Shown piece after piece: positions 50,051 to 62,251 of a stretch of DNA of 64,000 nt. The position numbers and the translations under genes are program-made. The notes under the pieces were generated by a model, which saw only the letters and a program-made list of their open reading frames with translations, did no database searches and had not been told where the DNA came from. The stretch's first letter is position 1. Every line of letters begins with the position of its first letter. The DNA is from Tubulanus polymorphus. Lineage: Eukaryota > Animalia > Nemertea. The DNA lies in assembly GCF_964204645.1 (NCBI RefSeq), contig NC_134030.1, positions 17,444,210-17,508,209 on the forward strand, written 5' to 3'.

Positions 50051-50519
50051 ACCACAACACTTGTTTAAATCACATATATAATGAGGATATCTGTCCGTGT
50101 ATGTGTTTGTGCGTGCGCGTGTGACACAGGGATTGTTCATTTTGACATATATCAAACAACACCTCGTACGGTAAGAGATAAGGTTATGAATCATAGAAAA
50201 CTATTCCTAAGTGGTCTATTTTGTGGTGTCCCATATATCCCTATTGATGAAACATATGCTTACTTGGCTAGAACTCAAAGCAAACTGATATGTCGCATTG
50301 ATAAGTTGTATGATAAATTCAGGGCGACCCATAAGTCACTCAACTTTTTTTCAATCAATTTCTCCAAGCATCATAGGGACAGATGCGTCGTATTCGCGTC
50401 GAATTTTGAACAAAACACGACAATGCATCATCATAATTATCTGATAAATATGAAAGTTCTAAAGTATTATCTTCAATATCATCGCCTAAGTTAGTCTCTG
50501 TAAAATTCGAATACATTTA

Positions 50520-51380
50520 TCTTGAAATCATTAACTCTTTCTATTTTAGGGATCATTTCTATACTGGATATTGGTCAATTTTATACAATGATTCATATTT
50601 CTAATAATTCCTTACTCTATAAACATGTTCCTTCCTATGTAAATGTTGATCATCTTTCAAGTGAATGATAATTCAGAACCCCGGAAATATCTCTCTTCAA
50701 TATGCCGTATAAGTTCATTTAATACTTGATCTAATTTCTCTTTACTTTTTGTTTTCGATATAATCTCAAATAATAGCAGAATGCGTTTGATTATTACGTT
50801 TATACTTTTTCTTCAGGTTTAAAAAAAAGCTCACTTTCGCAGATATACTAATTTATGGAACATTATTAACGCTATTATGTTTTCCATTTTTCTAATATAT
50901 TAACTATAATCTTCTGACAGTTGTTATTCCTTTATAGAATCTAAGTATAATAGCCACAGTACCAGTTTTACTACGTAATGCTTTCAGTATATCAATTATA
51001 CCTTTAATTTTTAATGAATTTATATAATATCCAATATTTCCTTAAACGGCTTATTTAAATGAGATTTAGTTTTAGAATCTGATCTTTAATAGATCTTTTT
51101 ACAGGTTCATCATCAAAATATGCTTATCCGAAAATGTTTTGGCTAAAATTTTGTTTGTGTTTTAATGTTTCAAGATGTCTATTATATCTGCATTTAGTTA
51201 TAAATTTATCAGAAACTTCACATTAATTTCATCAGTTTACGTATTGTCCAATCGTTCTGCTATTTCATTAGATTTGTTTGGCGTTTCAGAAATGAAAGCA
51301 TTCTTATCATGTTTTCCAGATTTTTATGGTTAGATTTATCTGATTTAGCAACGTTTCTTTACAAGTTCTTATTCAAGTTC
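50520..51380 (-). mobile_element. Heavily decayed Polinton/Maverick-like PolB N-terminal region
   Basis: Minus-strand remnants CEVSDKFITKCRYNRHLETLKH and KSDKSNH.KSGKH (zinc fingers) and LNELIRHIEERYFRGSELSF (resembles IE.F..RGSGW.F); many stops and frameshifts. Confidence 0.45.
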
Positions 51381-51462
51381 TCCTGCGAATAAATGTATCA
51401 AATTCGTTCGATGCTTTTGATTGTGACCACGATTATTTTTATCTTACAGAGGAACAAAAATA

Positions 51463-52432
51463 ATGGCCGGTTGTGTGTGGTCTCCGCTGAAAATCTGCAC
51501 CGTCGTTGTCAGTATTTTTGCAGTAGGTTGTCTGCTGTTTTCTTTTATGCGATTTAATTTTACCGAGCATAAATCGTTGGCTATAGTAGGTTATAAAAAC
51601 GTCATTGCAGAACCAAATACGCAAATGATGTTGTATCTACTGGGCGTCAAAGATCCAGACTCACCGGAAATGCCGTGTACAACGCGTAAAACTAAATACT
51701 CCGGGGTGACTCCTATCTGTGTTTACCAAGCGTCAGTTGACACGGTCGTGTCCAAGGCTATATTGACAATCGGGGCTTGGGAACCTCACCTAACCGAACT
51801 GATGGAAGAACTTTTTCGACGCGACCCGAATTTGAACTTATTCGATTTCGGGTCGAATGTCGGCGCGTTCACGATAACGGCGCTAAAAAGCGGTCGTAAA
51901 GTCGTCGCGGTCGATCCTAAAGCGGGGAACCTGCGCCGAATCAGAATGTCGATTCATAAAGGTAATCTTACCGGCGCGGTTTTAGTACAAAACGGTTTAT
52001 CGGACTTTCGAACGACGGCGACTTTTCACCAAGACCCCGGAAACAACGGTTAAAGTTAAAACAATTCTAGTCACCGATTTGATTCCGGTGATTAGATTTA
52101 AACGCGCTATGATTAAGATAGATATTCAGGGTTTCGAACTGAAGGCGTTTCAACATCTCGAGTCGTTTTTAAAAACGGTAGATATACCGTTTATACTGAT
52201 GGAATGGATCTGGGTGAAGGTCGGGGAAACTGGTAAACGTATGGTAGCGCTTATGCATAAACTGGGCTATCAATGTTTTCAGAGCGTACTTAACGGCTCT
52301 CAATGTCCAGGTAATGACCACACTAAATGGCCGTATGACGTGGTTTGGGTTAGAACCGATGCGACTGTTTACCCAGGGGCATACGAAGCTATCCGTATAT
52401 GGACCGGGAAACCGAGGAATCCGTCGAGATAA
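51463..52432 (+). pseudogene. FkbM/Methyltransf_21-like type II membrane methyltransferase, frameshifted at ~52050
   Basis: N-terminal TM, WEPH, FDFGSNVG SAM motif, VVAVDP; second frame VKTI..DL...IKIDIQGFE...ILMEW. Acceptor cttacag| at 51449 upstream of the ATG. Confidence 0.8.
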
Positions 52433-53439
52433 AAGCCGGTCTTTAAAATATAGATAGCTGTGAAATCCACAATGAGCTGATGTAAATATTGTAGTGTATA
52501 GTATCCATTCAATATACTTTTTCTTTAAAGATATAGCTGAATATTATATTATCATGATATCATGGAATTTATCACTCAGATAGAAATGAATCACGCGCTC
52601 CCTGGTGGGTCAATATTGAATTTTAATAATTTCTAACACTGTTTTCTTTTAAAAATCGGCTGGGTTGATGATTTTGGACTGATGGGGCCCAATCATGCCC
52701 CCCCCCCCCCAAAAAAAAATGAAGGTCGGCGAAATGTCAAAATCACGAAAACGGAATGACTTTTTTCATTAATGAATTAAGAAATCATTAGTCAAAATAG
52801 ATTAAGATACTCTGCTGTTAGCTAGCACTTAGCAACGACCTCTAGACAATCTATACAATGTTGCTAACCGAACCAAGCGAGCGGCCATAGATAGCGTTGG
52901 ATATTTTGAGAACAAGTATCTATTTATTTATCTATTTATTTATTCTATTTACGCTCAAACCCATTACAGGTATTAGAGGGACAACACAAGATTTACAGAT
53001 GTATAACAGACAGAAAATAACTAGTAACTAATTAGAACTATCCATGCATAGAGATATACATTCAAATATAACACTTTAGAAAAATAAAAATGAGAGCAGT
53101 CATTCAGTAGACGAATTCAATTTTTTAATAAGTTTCTTGCAAAAAAACTGTAAGGTCTTTAGGTGGTTGAGCAAAAAGATCAATCAGGATATTTTGAAAA
53201 TTACAATCATTCGGGACTTCGGCAAAAAAATTATCTTTCAAATACAAGGGACGGACAATGAATGATATAGTGTGACTCATTACAAAATGACCCTTCCTTT
53301 ACACGGAGGGCACTTGTCATCACCGATGTTCACAGGAAGGTTAGATAACATAGTACCTATGCGCCATCTATATCTGAATAAATAAACGGTTGACCTGCCA
53401 GTATATGTCCTTGCAAAACAGTCAATCTATCAGTCATCA

Positions 53440-53720
53440 CGCCGATAGAGATGATTCTGAAGGATGGTACTTGATCGGTCAATGAAGTTCGAACTTTCGC
53501 TACTATATTCTATGTATAGTCTGCAGATGTCGACATCGGACATATCGATTATAGTCTGTTCGAAAAGCCGACTTCAGGAATATTGAGAGCGTACTCGTCG
53601 CGTATAACTGGTTCGAGTCACGGCCATCCGAATCGGGCCGCAACATTACACAGACACAGCCCGCAGTCTTACAGCCGTTTCATCGACCAGTTCTAGAAAC
53701 CATCTGTCTTTCAATTTGAA
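53440..53720 (-). pseudogene. Decayed paralogous fragment of the class I methyltransferase
   Basis: RLRAVSV and EYALNIPEVGF resemble LRVLSV and EDALTEIGDEVGF of 56053-56949; ~70 bp shared with 55437-55506. Confidence 0.4.
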
Positions 53721-53942
53721 TTGGTCTTCGTGAAATTATTCTTTTTCGTGGACCGATATTCGTTGGTGTATCTAATTTGAGTCATTGAATCTTAAGTCAC
53801 GAGCTACACATTATTTCACACGTCATTGACTCAGGAATCACAAGCTACTTCAGCATTCCCAACGTCAATTGAGTTTTGGAGTCACTGAGTGTGGGAGTCA
53901 CAGCTGTATAATTTCTATTGTCGCGTGGATTCAACTGATTTT

Positions 53943-54326
53943 TACGGAAGCGATAAAGGGCCTCGAGTTGTCGCGTTCCAACTCGACAAGTCGTCATATC
54001 TATGTCGACATACCGCGATATATCGCGTCAAGTCGACATGAATATGTCGACATATCGTGACGTTTTCACGACAAATTTCGCTTTATTGCCCATTTTCCAC
54101 GGGACAAGCCGTCATTTGAAGACATGTCTAAATATAAGATGAGGACACCAGTGATATGACGACTGAGTTTCAAGTCGTCATGAATATGTCGACTTGTCGC
54201 GAGGAAAGTGGTCGAGAGAACGAAATGTGTCGTCAAAACGTCACGATATATCGCGGTAAGTCGACATAAATATAACGACTTGTCGAGTTGGAACGCGACA
54301 TCTCGAGGCCCCTTATCGCTTCCGTA
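53943..54326. mobile_element. MITE with ~85-bp TIRs and probable TA TSD
   Basis: ta-cggaagcgataaagggcctcgagttgtcgcgttccaactcgacaagtcgt ... acgacttgtcgagttggaacgcgacatctcgaggccccttatcgcttccg-ta. Confidence 0.88.
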
Positions 54327-54834
54327 GATTTTAGATAAATGAAATAACATTTTTCTGAATTTTTTGTTTACAATTGAATACAGTAAGTGATGTAACCCCG
54401 TAAATTTGATTTAACAGATCCTTGTAATCTGCGTGGCCTTCAAACTTACCGACAAAACCTGGAAGTTCTAGAACAGTATATACACTACTCATTGTAAGCA
54501 CCATTTTATAAACTTTAGTTTGATTTTGAGATAATGAGATTTTGGACGCTGAGAGAGTTTCACGTTGCTTACTTTTGACGTATAAGACAATAATAAGAGC
54601 AATGTTTGCTAGGAAAACGAGAATTTGAAATAATTACGCGGATGATCTAGGTCTGAGGATCTGAGGTCTATGTATCTGTTCATAACTTAGTAAATTCGTT
54701 TATCAACAGTTTTAGACATGTAGTGACGGAAGCGGAATCTATTATAACTTCTTGACGGTTCTACGATCTGTGTTATAGGGAAGATAGTACATATTAGATA
54801 CAATGACCCTTAGTACTCCTCGGTATTTATGAGA

Positions 54835-55090
54835 AGTTTGCTCGTAACGGTTCGAATACTAGGTTGTCTTTTGCGTCCAAGAGAAGTTGAATCGCAAGGG
54901 TTGGAATCCTAAGTTATCCTCTCAGAGTTCAGGAGAAGGGGACTTGTCTGGGTTTGAATCCTACGTTTTCTTTGGGGTCAATGAGGAATGGGCTCGCAAG
55001 GGTTCGAATCCTACGTTGTCCTCAGTGTTCAGGAAAAGCGGGCTTGCATGGGTTCGAATCCTAAGTTATCCGCGAGTGTTCAGGAGAAGC
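54835..55090 (+). repeat. ~51-bp degenerate tandem repeat, each unit carrying a tRNA B-box-like motif
   Basis: GGTTCGAATCC or variants at 54849, 54899, 54951, 55001, 55051. Confidence 0.75.
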
Positions 55091-55159
55091 TGTGCAACAA
55101 GATTCAGAGACAAATCAAACCTACAAAACAATGAGAAACATCAAAATGAGACAAACTTT

Positions 55160-55525
55160 ACTCTGACCGTTGAAGCTGATCCCGCCCTTGAAACCCATCC
55201 CGTATGGCGGTTCCAAGAGCCAATGTTGACCGCCTTCTATTCTCCGACCCACCCACCGGCGCAGGTATGCTGCCGATATCGAGACCTTCCTGTGAATAGC
55301 GATACCCAGGGTAACGACAACGACCAGTCCGAGGGCGTCGCGAAACGGAATCGAGACACTCCATCACGTGACCCGAAAGCGGACGACATTCCAACACGTG
55401 ACCGAATGTAACACGTGACACACCGACGACGATGTTTGCAGAGCTCGGACATATCGATAATAGTCTGTTCGTAAAGCTGACTTCAGAAATATCGAGAGCG
55501 TACTCGGGGTAGGAAGATTTGCAAC
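55160..55525 (-). pseudogene. Internally deleted paralogue of the class I methyltransferase
   Basis: EYALDISEVSF / VTFGHVLE..VMECLDSV / LGTAIRDGFQGRD align in order with EDALTEIGDEVGF / IIFSHVLYY..AECLEVS / MGDAIPTFIAGRD. Confidence 0.55.
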
Positions 55526-56052
55526 TGGTTCCTTTAGATTTAGAGGACTAATATTGACGTAATTATGACATGTACAGCAGCTGTGGCTTTTTGAAAATCC
55601 ACCAGCAAAAACTCAATCACAAAAACAATAAGCTTTTAAACGTATAGAATTGTATTCAATAACATTTCATTTGACAAAACTATTCGCATATAGACCTACA
55701 CGTTTAAAAGCAGAACGAAATTTCTGTATCCGCGATCGGAATCAAGAAAATACTATATACCCAACACCTGACGATGGTCCCTAAACAAAGAGAGGCTGAA
55801 GCATCGTTCCTGTTTTTGATTATATAGATAAGTAAATAAGTATCCATTTTAATTTCTACATATTCATGGATTATTATTTCAAACGATAAAAAAACAGGGA
55901 ATCTATTTCCAAATCTCGAAAAAATCTTGAACCGAATTTTCTGATCCTGGCTTTTAATAGAAAGGTACTTTGAAAATTTAAGGGTTCGCTCGGTACGGGC
56001 CCGGTCAGGTCAGGTATATTCGATGGATCAACATTTATTTGAGAGTCAAAGC

Positions 56053-56949
56053 TCAGACGTTTCTGGCCAATAAAAAGTGTTTCAGGGTTATAGGCAACAT
56101 CGGGAATCCATAACTGTAGACGACATATTTACGGATGATATCCTGAACTTGTGCGCGCGATGTTTCCAGTAAGGTATCTATATCCCGACCCGCGATGAAC
56201 GTCGGTATCGCGTCACCCATTTTACGAATGGCTGCGTCATGTTCGCTGATGCGCGATCTGCTCGGTTTCAGAGCTAGGTGCATCAAAATCGCGCCCTCGT
56301 CGGTCGAGCGCGAAACCACTTTCATCTCAGCAGCTTCCGCGCGTAGGAGTTCATCTATGTCAACTAGTCCGCAGGGAATGGACGATGAACCGTCATCGGT
56401 GAGGGCTTGGATTTCTCGAGCGATGCTAAAATAATCTGTCTTGGTCGTTGAGCTCAGGTAAACTCGTCCACACTCGTTAGCTAACTTATAAAGCGACACT
56501 TCCAAACATTCCGCCGGATCGTCGAAGTAATAGAGAACGTGCGAAAAAATGATCAAATCGTAGAAGTCGTTCGGTAAGAAAGAAGGCGCCTCCTCGCTAG
56601 AGAATTTACGTCTATAGACCTCGGACCGAAAGTCGTACTTACTGGCGAGTGTATTCATTCGAGTCTCCAGCTCCAGCGACATGACATCGTTCGGTTCAAC
56701 GCAGTCGACGCGTTCGAAACCAACTTCATCGCCGATTTCGGTCAACGCGTCTTCTAACAGATACCCGTGAGCCGCACCGACTGATAGCACTCTCAAACCT
56801 CTCCGCCTACCGTCTGCCGTCATCGGGTGATCGGTAGCGGTCTGACAGACGGCGCGAACTGCTTCACATAATCTCTTCAATCCGAAGTTAATTTCGCTGC
56901 AATTCAGACGAAAATATCGGAGACTTTCGCCGTATTTCAGGTCGTTCAT
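56053..56949 (-). CDS. Class I SAM-dependent small-molecule methyltransferase (histamine N-methyltransferase-like), 298 aa; an upstream exon is possible
   Basis: LRVLSVGAAHG motif I, DCVEPN, FYDLIIFSHVLYY, G.V post-II motif; acceptor tttctttttag(cag) ~20 nt upstream of the ATG. Confidence 0.85.
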   Translation of the reverse strand: MNDLKYGESLRYFRLNCSEINFGLKRLCEAVRAVCQTATDHPMTADGRRRGLRVLSVGAAHGYLLEDALTEIGDEVGFERVDCVEPNDVMSLELETRMNTLASKYDFRSEVYRRKFSSEEAPSFLPNDFYDLIIFSHVLYYFDDPAECLEVSLYKLANECGRVYLSSTTKTDYFSIAREIQALTDDGSSSIPCGLVDIDELLRAEAAEMKVVSRSTDEGAILMHLALKPSRSRISEHDAAIRKMGDAIPTFIAGRDIDTLLETSRAQVQDIIRKYVVYSYGFPMLPITLKHFLLARNV

Positions 56950-57792
56950 CGTAACTCGGCTATCGTCTGCTAAAAAGAAACATTTCTATATTATATACCG
57001 GGAGCCAGTGACTCAATAGTTGGTTAGAGTTTACCAGTGAATAGTTGACATAGTGACAATTATTTACTATGATTCATCCATCGGTTATCTTTGAAACCAA
57101 CTTTTGAGCAACTGGCCCCCAGTATCATAAACTATGGGTGCCTTTTTTAGACAGGTTCCTATCGAACCGTTTAGGCGTAATTCTTGTCGACACGAACGGC
57201 CCTGAAGAGAATTCCTGAATCGATAGAAAATAGACGAATCAAACCTGCCAAACTCTCTCCCGGTCGGTTCTATCAGGTTTACAGATTCCGGAATGGAATA
57301 GAGCACATTCTGAAGAATTCTGGTATAGGCCAATCCAAACCTACCTATGTGCGCGATGCTACACAATGATGCCGTTTCGAAAAGGCCATCGCTTATTTTT
57401 AAAGCGCCATATTGTAGGTTATTAGTGGCGCATTTAGCGTGAATCCTTTAACCTAAATAATGCACAGATGTATGCATAAATATACAGCGCAGCTTTTATC
57501 CTTCAAATTCATGTTCATACAGGTAAAATAGAGGTCATATAGAGGTCACAGTAGTTACTCTATCCGTAATTTTGCAATAATGAATTTTGGCGTTATTTTC
57601 TTATCAAACATATTTCATAACTGGCACAAAATGCCTTTTTCATAAGTTTCGGATGATGAAATTGTGAATTTGCCTTTTCTGAGGCCACTATTTCGCAAAC
57701 AAAAATTTCCTTTTTTGTCTATGATTTTCGGAACGACATTTTTATTCGATTTGACTCGTGAATCGGTGGTGGTGAAAAAGCCACGTATCGAA

Positions 57793-58496
57793 TTAACTCG
57801 AAATTAGCGGCAGCCCTCGTCCGCCCAAAATGTCATGGGCGATGTAATAGACCAATGAAGGGTTTGCGGCCAGATATTGCGTAGGATACAGCAGAATGGC
57901 GAGACTTTTGGATGAAAACCATTGAGTGCTGCCCCTATGAATAACGATAGCGGAATTTCTGTGAACTAGAAAGTAAAGCATTTACCACCAAAATATAAAT
58001 TTCCTAATTACGTACAATCGGGACCTAAACTAGACATAAACTACGGCCCCGACCTACATAAAATCGACGCATTCGAACAATCTGAGCGCTGCAAATTTCG
58101 TGCCGTGGCTCCGAGTCTCGATTAACTATTACAGCCTGCAAGTGACATCACAGATCATATATTTGACAACTGATCAGTGAATTCGTGATGAATTATAGGA
58201 ACGCCTTAAACGCGAAAGAGAACGAACTGTTAAACAGGCATCAGTGTTAATTTGATAAAGTGCAAGGAATCACTGAGACACAAAGCGATCGGATAGATAG
58301 CGTGAGGTAAACTGCGGAATCTGCGACTTATCGCTATCAGGAAAGTACGTTCCTGAATTTCCAAACATTCCTGACGTGAACAAGACAAGCAGACCAGTGA
58401 CACAGTACAGTAGATTCCAGACCCGTTTATCACAGACATGAGAACGATGTAACCAAGAAAAGGTCGTCGACCAATCCGCATCTGAGTTGAATTCAT
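57793..58496 (-). pseudogene. Class A GPCR pseudogene, close paralogue of 47927-48463 in opposite orientation
   Basis: MNSTQMRIGR...ISRRFRSLPHAIYPIALCLSD...LTLMPV* with stops and deletions; TM7-like LAANPSLVYY remnant near 57860. Confidence 0.75.
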
Positions 58497-59390
58497 GATT
58501 TGATGCGGATCAGGGTCGGATCCAGCTTCATACCATCCATGCCTTCCGGAAGGTGGAATGAATTTCCAAAATACCCTGAGACGATTGGTGAACACAGATA
58601 AAAAGGGGCACCATATCCAATGAAAATGGAACATAAAGTAAAAAGCACAAATAAAAGGACACTTTGTATGGGCCGATACGATGGGACCAAATTCCGGATG
58701 ATCTCATAAAAAGGGCACTATCACTGGTCAATCCTAGGTATCCATGACAGGTAAAGGGGCAGCATATCCAATTTAAAAGGCATGTAAAGTAAAACGAAAA
58801 GAAGGGCATTTTCGGGCCGATGCTGTGAAAAGAAAATTTTCTAAGAATGGCAAAAAAGCTTCTCGGAGTATTTAATCTGAAAATTCCGCTTAGATTTTTA
58901 GTGGTTTAAGCTACAGGGAACCTCTCAAATTGCATCTCAGGACCTCAATTTATATTATTTTTTTGTTAAATATCCTTTCCCTTTTATAAGTGGTCAGGTT
59001 GTCAAACAGGATGACCCCTGGTCACGTATTGATAATTACAATTAATCTTGGTGTTTACGTATAACCTAATAGCGTTAATCAGATTTTCACCTATACGCCT
59101 CTACGTGGCCCCACACCGATCCACACCTCTAGCAATACATGCGGCTTTCATCTATATCTGATGACAATGACGCATAAAATAATTTCTCTTCAACCTAAGC
59201 TTAACTTAACTTAACTTAACCAGCGACGATCGCGTCGCGTCGCAGGGCCGACCTATACCTGAATTGGATAAACTACTGATTCCACAGTGGATACTCCACT
59301 GATTCCACAGTGGATTTGTAACAATCGATGGACCTTGTGAGAACGAAAATTGCCCAATAATTTTTGAATTCATAGCGATATTGGGGCCTT

Positions 59391-59500
59391 AAATGTGTCT
59401 ACCACATTGAACAAAATAGGCCGACATCATTATTTATAGTCATGTTGGGTTTGAATTAGAACCAGGGAGCTGAGTCGGTCCTGACCATCGACGCTTTCAT
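59391..59500 (-). mobile_element. hAT transposase C-terminal dimerisation-domain remnant
   Basis: MKASM/GQDRLSSLVLIQTQHD...NVVDTF with one frameshift resembles the hAT M.Q.RL..L.L motif. Confidence 0.4.
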
Positions 59501-59658
59501 GTTCGGCGCAGCGTTCAGATGTCAGAGACAAAGAAGAGGGACGTGGCGCTAAACAGTGTCTCATCAGTTCAAACATGAATTCTTCAAAACGAATCCATGG
59601 TTCAATCAGCTTCATTTAACACGGTAGTAACAGAACAGTGAAAGCCATACAGCTGCTA

Positions 59659-59989
59659 ATGTCTATTTCAACTTGACTTCAGAGCACATCGAGTTGGCCT
59701 AGCTCAGTCAGTGTTGATGGTACTAGCCTACCTGATATGAGTCTTATTAGGAAAAGACTGGCAGTTGACCTAAAACATCGTTTTTTAATCCATTCTTCAC
59801 TGTATTGAAGGAATGCCAAAAAGTCTTCATTGAAAGGCCATAATTTGAAAGTCTAATAAAACCAACTATTTACAGATATGTTTCCATGGCTACATAGCAA
59901 ACTTGACTCTTATCAAGTATGTACCGCCAAAACTGACCGAGCTAGGCCACCTGATGTGCTTGCTCTCAAGTCAAGTTGAAATAAGACAT
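59659..59989. mobile_element. MITE-like element with ~65-bp imperfect inverted repeats
   Basis: atgtctatttcaacttgactt..agcacatc..tggcctagctc.gtcagt versus its reverse complement at 59920-59989. Confidence 0.65.
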
Positions 59990-60540
59990 CAGATAAAATT
60001 AGATTAGGCCACTGGACACCATACCGTATACTTGAATCTGGTAAAATGATGTTTGCTCGTTTCAAGGAATGAACATGCAGGAGGCGTGACGATACAATTT
60101 GATTGTCGTGTGACGTGTCAGCGGTTCGTCTGCCGCCAGTATAAAAATGACCGCACGCGCGTCGTTTGTTCATCTTCCGTGTTTGCTGCCGAAACCTAGA
60201 CGTTTGATAATTTTGAAACCTCCAAATAAAAACTTTCGCTGTTCGACAAAACTTGCGTTTGAAGTTGATATCATTGGATTATCTTCCGTATATTCTCGAC
60301 ATAGTGAAATCAGATATGTTTTCTACAATTTTTAACTTGCCCGTAAATAACGAAAGTTTCTTTTATTGCAAAGATCTTTTTTGAAAACGAAACAACGAAC
60401 TCAGCGTGCGCTCGAACGGGAAGGTTAAGCTGTATGAGGTGGTTATCAGAATATTGTTGATTTTCGTGCACACAAAAAAGAACACTAATTTCGTTAAATT
60501 GAAACATTGATATTTTTGAGTCGAAATATATTAAAAACAG

Positions 60541-61529
60541 ATGAATTCGACATCAAATCACGCGCAGAATGGAAGTCAGCAACGAGAAGGAAACCTGCAA
60601 GGATCGTACTGTTTCCTCTATTTCGTGTACCCCGTGGAGTTGGTGAACACTATAAACCCGTGGGTGAAATGGGTTCACATTATTTGCACGTCGTTCTTTA
60701 TTGTCTTCGGTCTGATGTCGAATGTCGTATCATTTATCGTTATGACGTCGCAGAAAATGCGCAAGAGCTCGTTCGCGGTCTACCTGACAGTTTTAGCCGT
60801 GAGCGACGGGTGTAATTTGGTATTGTACGGTATTTTCTGGATTAATTTCATCAGCGCGCTTTCGGGTGGACCCTTGGTCATCGTGGTCGGTGGCGTGTTG
60901 GCAAAAACTTTTCTCAAATATATAAGTTTGTATTTCGCGGCATTGAGCAGTTGGTTGGTAACATTCATCAGTGTTGAACGTTTCATCGTTGTCTGTTTTC
61001 CGATTTCGGCGTTGCGTTTGTGCCGCCGTCAAACGGCATTTGGCGCCTCCTGTTGCACGGTTCTCGGCGTCCTATGCGTTATGCTAGTCGACGGTTCCCT
61101 GCGTCCGTGGATGGACTATGACGTCACTTGTAGGCTACCCAGTCAACGCTACCAGTCACCCACGTTAGGGGCTCTTATGATTGGCTACTTGCATTTTATC
61201 ATTATAAAAATATGTTGCGTCAGTATAGTCGGAGTCTTGTGCAGGCGCAGTGCGAGAATACCGATCGCCGCTCTCAAACTGACCAATAACAGAGTCACTC
61301 GTCTCATGCTGTTCGTCATGCTCGTTTTTCTCGTATTACTATTTCCTGGTACAATTACTATAACGCTCGCAGGCGTGCTCCCACAATTACGACAAGTATT
61401 GAAGTCTGTACCGTATCGGGTCCAATGTCCGTCATCCTTTGGGAAATAAGCTACTCGGTCAATTTCCTCATTTACGCGATGACCAGTGGAAAGGTTAGGG
61501 AAGCGTTCGTCGAGAGGTTTCTAGTTTAG
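60541..61529 (+). pseudogene. Intronless class A GPCR with a frameshift before TM7 (probable recent pseudogene)
   Basis: GLMSN, LAVSD, SSW...ERF, LFP motifs; TM7/helix 8 (ILWEISYSVNFLIYAMTSGKVREAF) lies in a different frame from ~61420. Confidence 0.8.
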
Positions 61530-61659
61530 TCGACAGGTTGCGCTCGTAGCGACTGCCGATCGTGGAATCGAATGAATCAGAAAACAAAAAAGTGCGAAGA
61601 GACACCGGTGTCTCCGAAACCCGTGGTAAACGGTAGTGAAGGGACACCGGTGTTCGATG

Positions 61660-62251
61660 ATTCATATCAGATCTCCAACCCATAATCGAAGAGGATGATC
61701 ATACGCGACATAATACCACTAAGACCAGTCATCGCGTACCGCCAACCAGCAAACCTAAGAAAACTCCTCATCAGCAGCAAACTATCCACCGAAGAAGACT
61801 CAGATAACAAATACACGCGCCCCTGCAACAAATCTAGATGTCAACTCTACCCTGTCATCAACTCATCACCGACCTCACTGCAGCCAACAACCAACAACTC
61901 AAAGTGTCACTGGACCCTACACATGCGAGTCCACCAACATTGTTTGATGCCATCACATGCGATATCTGCCCTGGAACCATCTACATCGGAGAGACTGGAC
62001 AAACATTACGTCAACGCTTGAACAGTCACAAATTTGATATCACACACAAGAAAATGGATAAACCTATCGGCGAACATTTCAATCTTCCGAACCACACCAT
62101 CAGTAACCTTAAAGTGACCGCGTTACATAAAATGAACACTTCTAATAAGCATTCGCGCGAAATCATGGAACAAAAACTTATTAAACGAGGTGATACTATT
62201 AATCTTGGCCTCAATCGCGATCTAGGATTCATGTCCCACTACAGAATGTAA
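61660..62251 (+). mobile_element. Penelope-like element 3' fragment (GIY-YIG endonuclease), frameshifted and 5'-truncated
   Basis: PVIAYRQPANLRKLL...CNKSRC; AITC.IC...YIGETGQTLRQRLNSH...IGEHFNLPNH...RE.ME...GLNRD. Confidence 0.88.

Noticed and set aside
49463-50124. MINCLTVE / NNLSFQLS repeat ORFs
   Set aside because: By-products of a stop-poor 24-bp minisatellite, open on both strands.
57085-57369. Overlapping short ORFs (also 63048-63233, 37565-38788, 50081-50494)
   Set aside because: No recognisable domains, splice context or codon signal.
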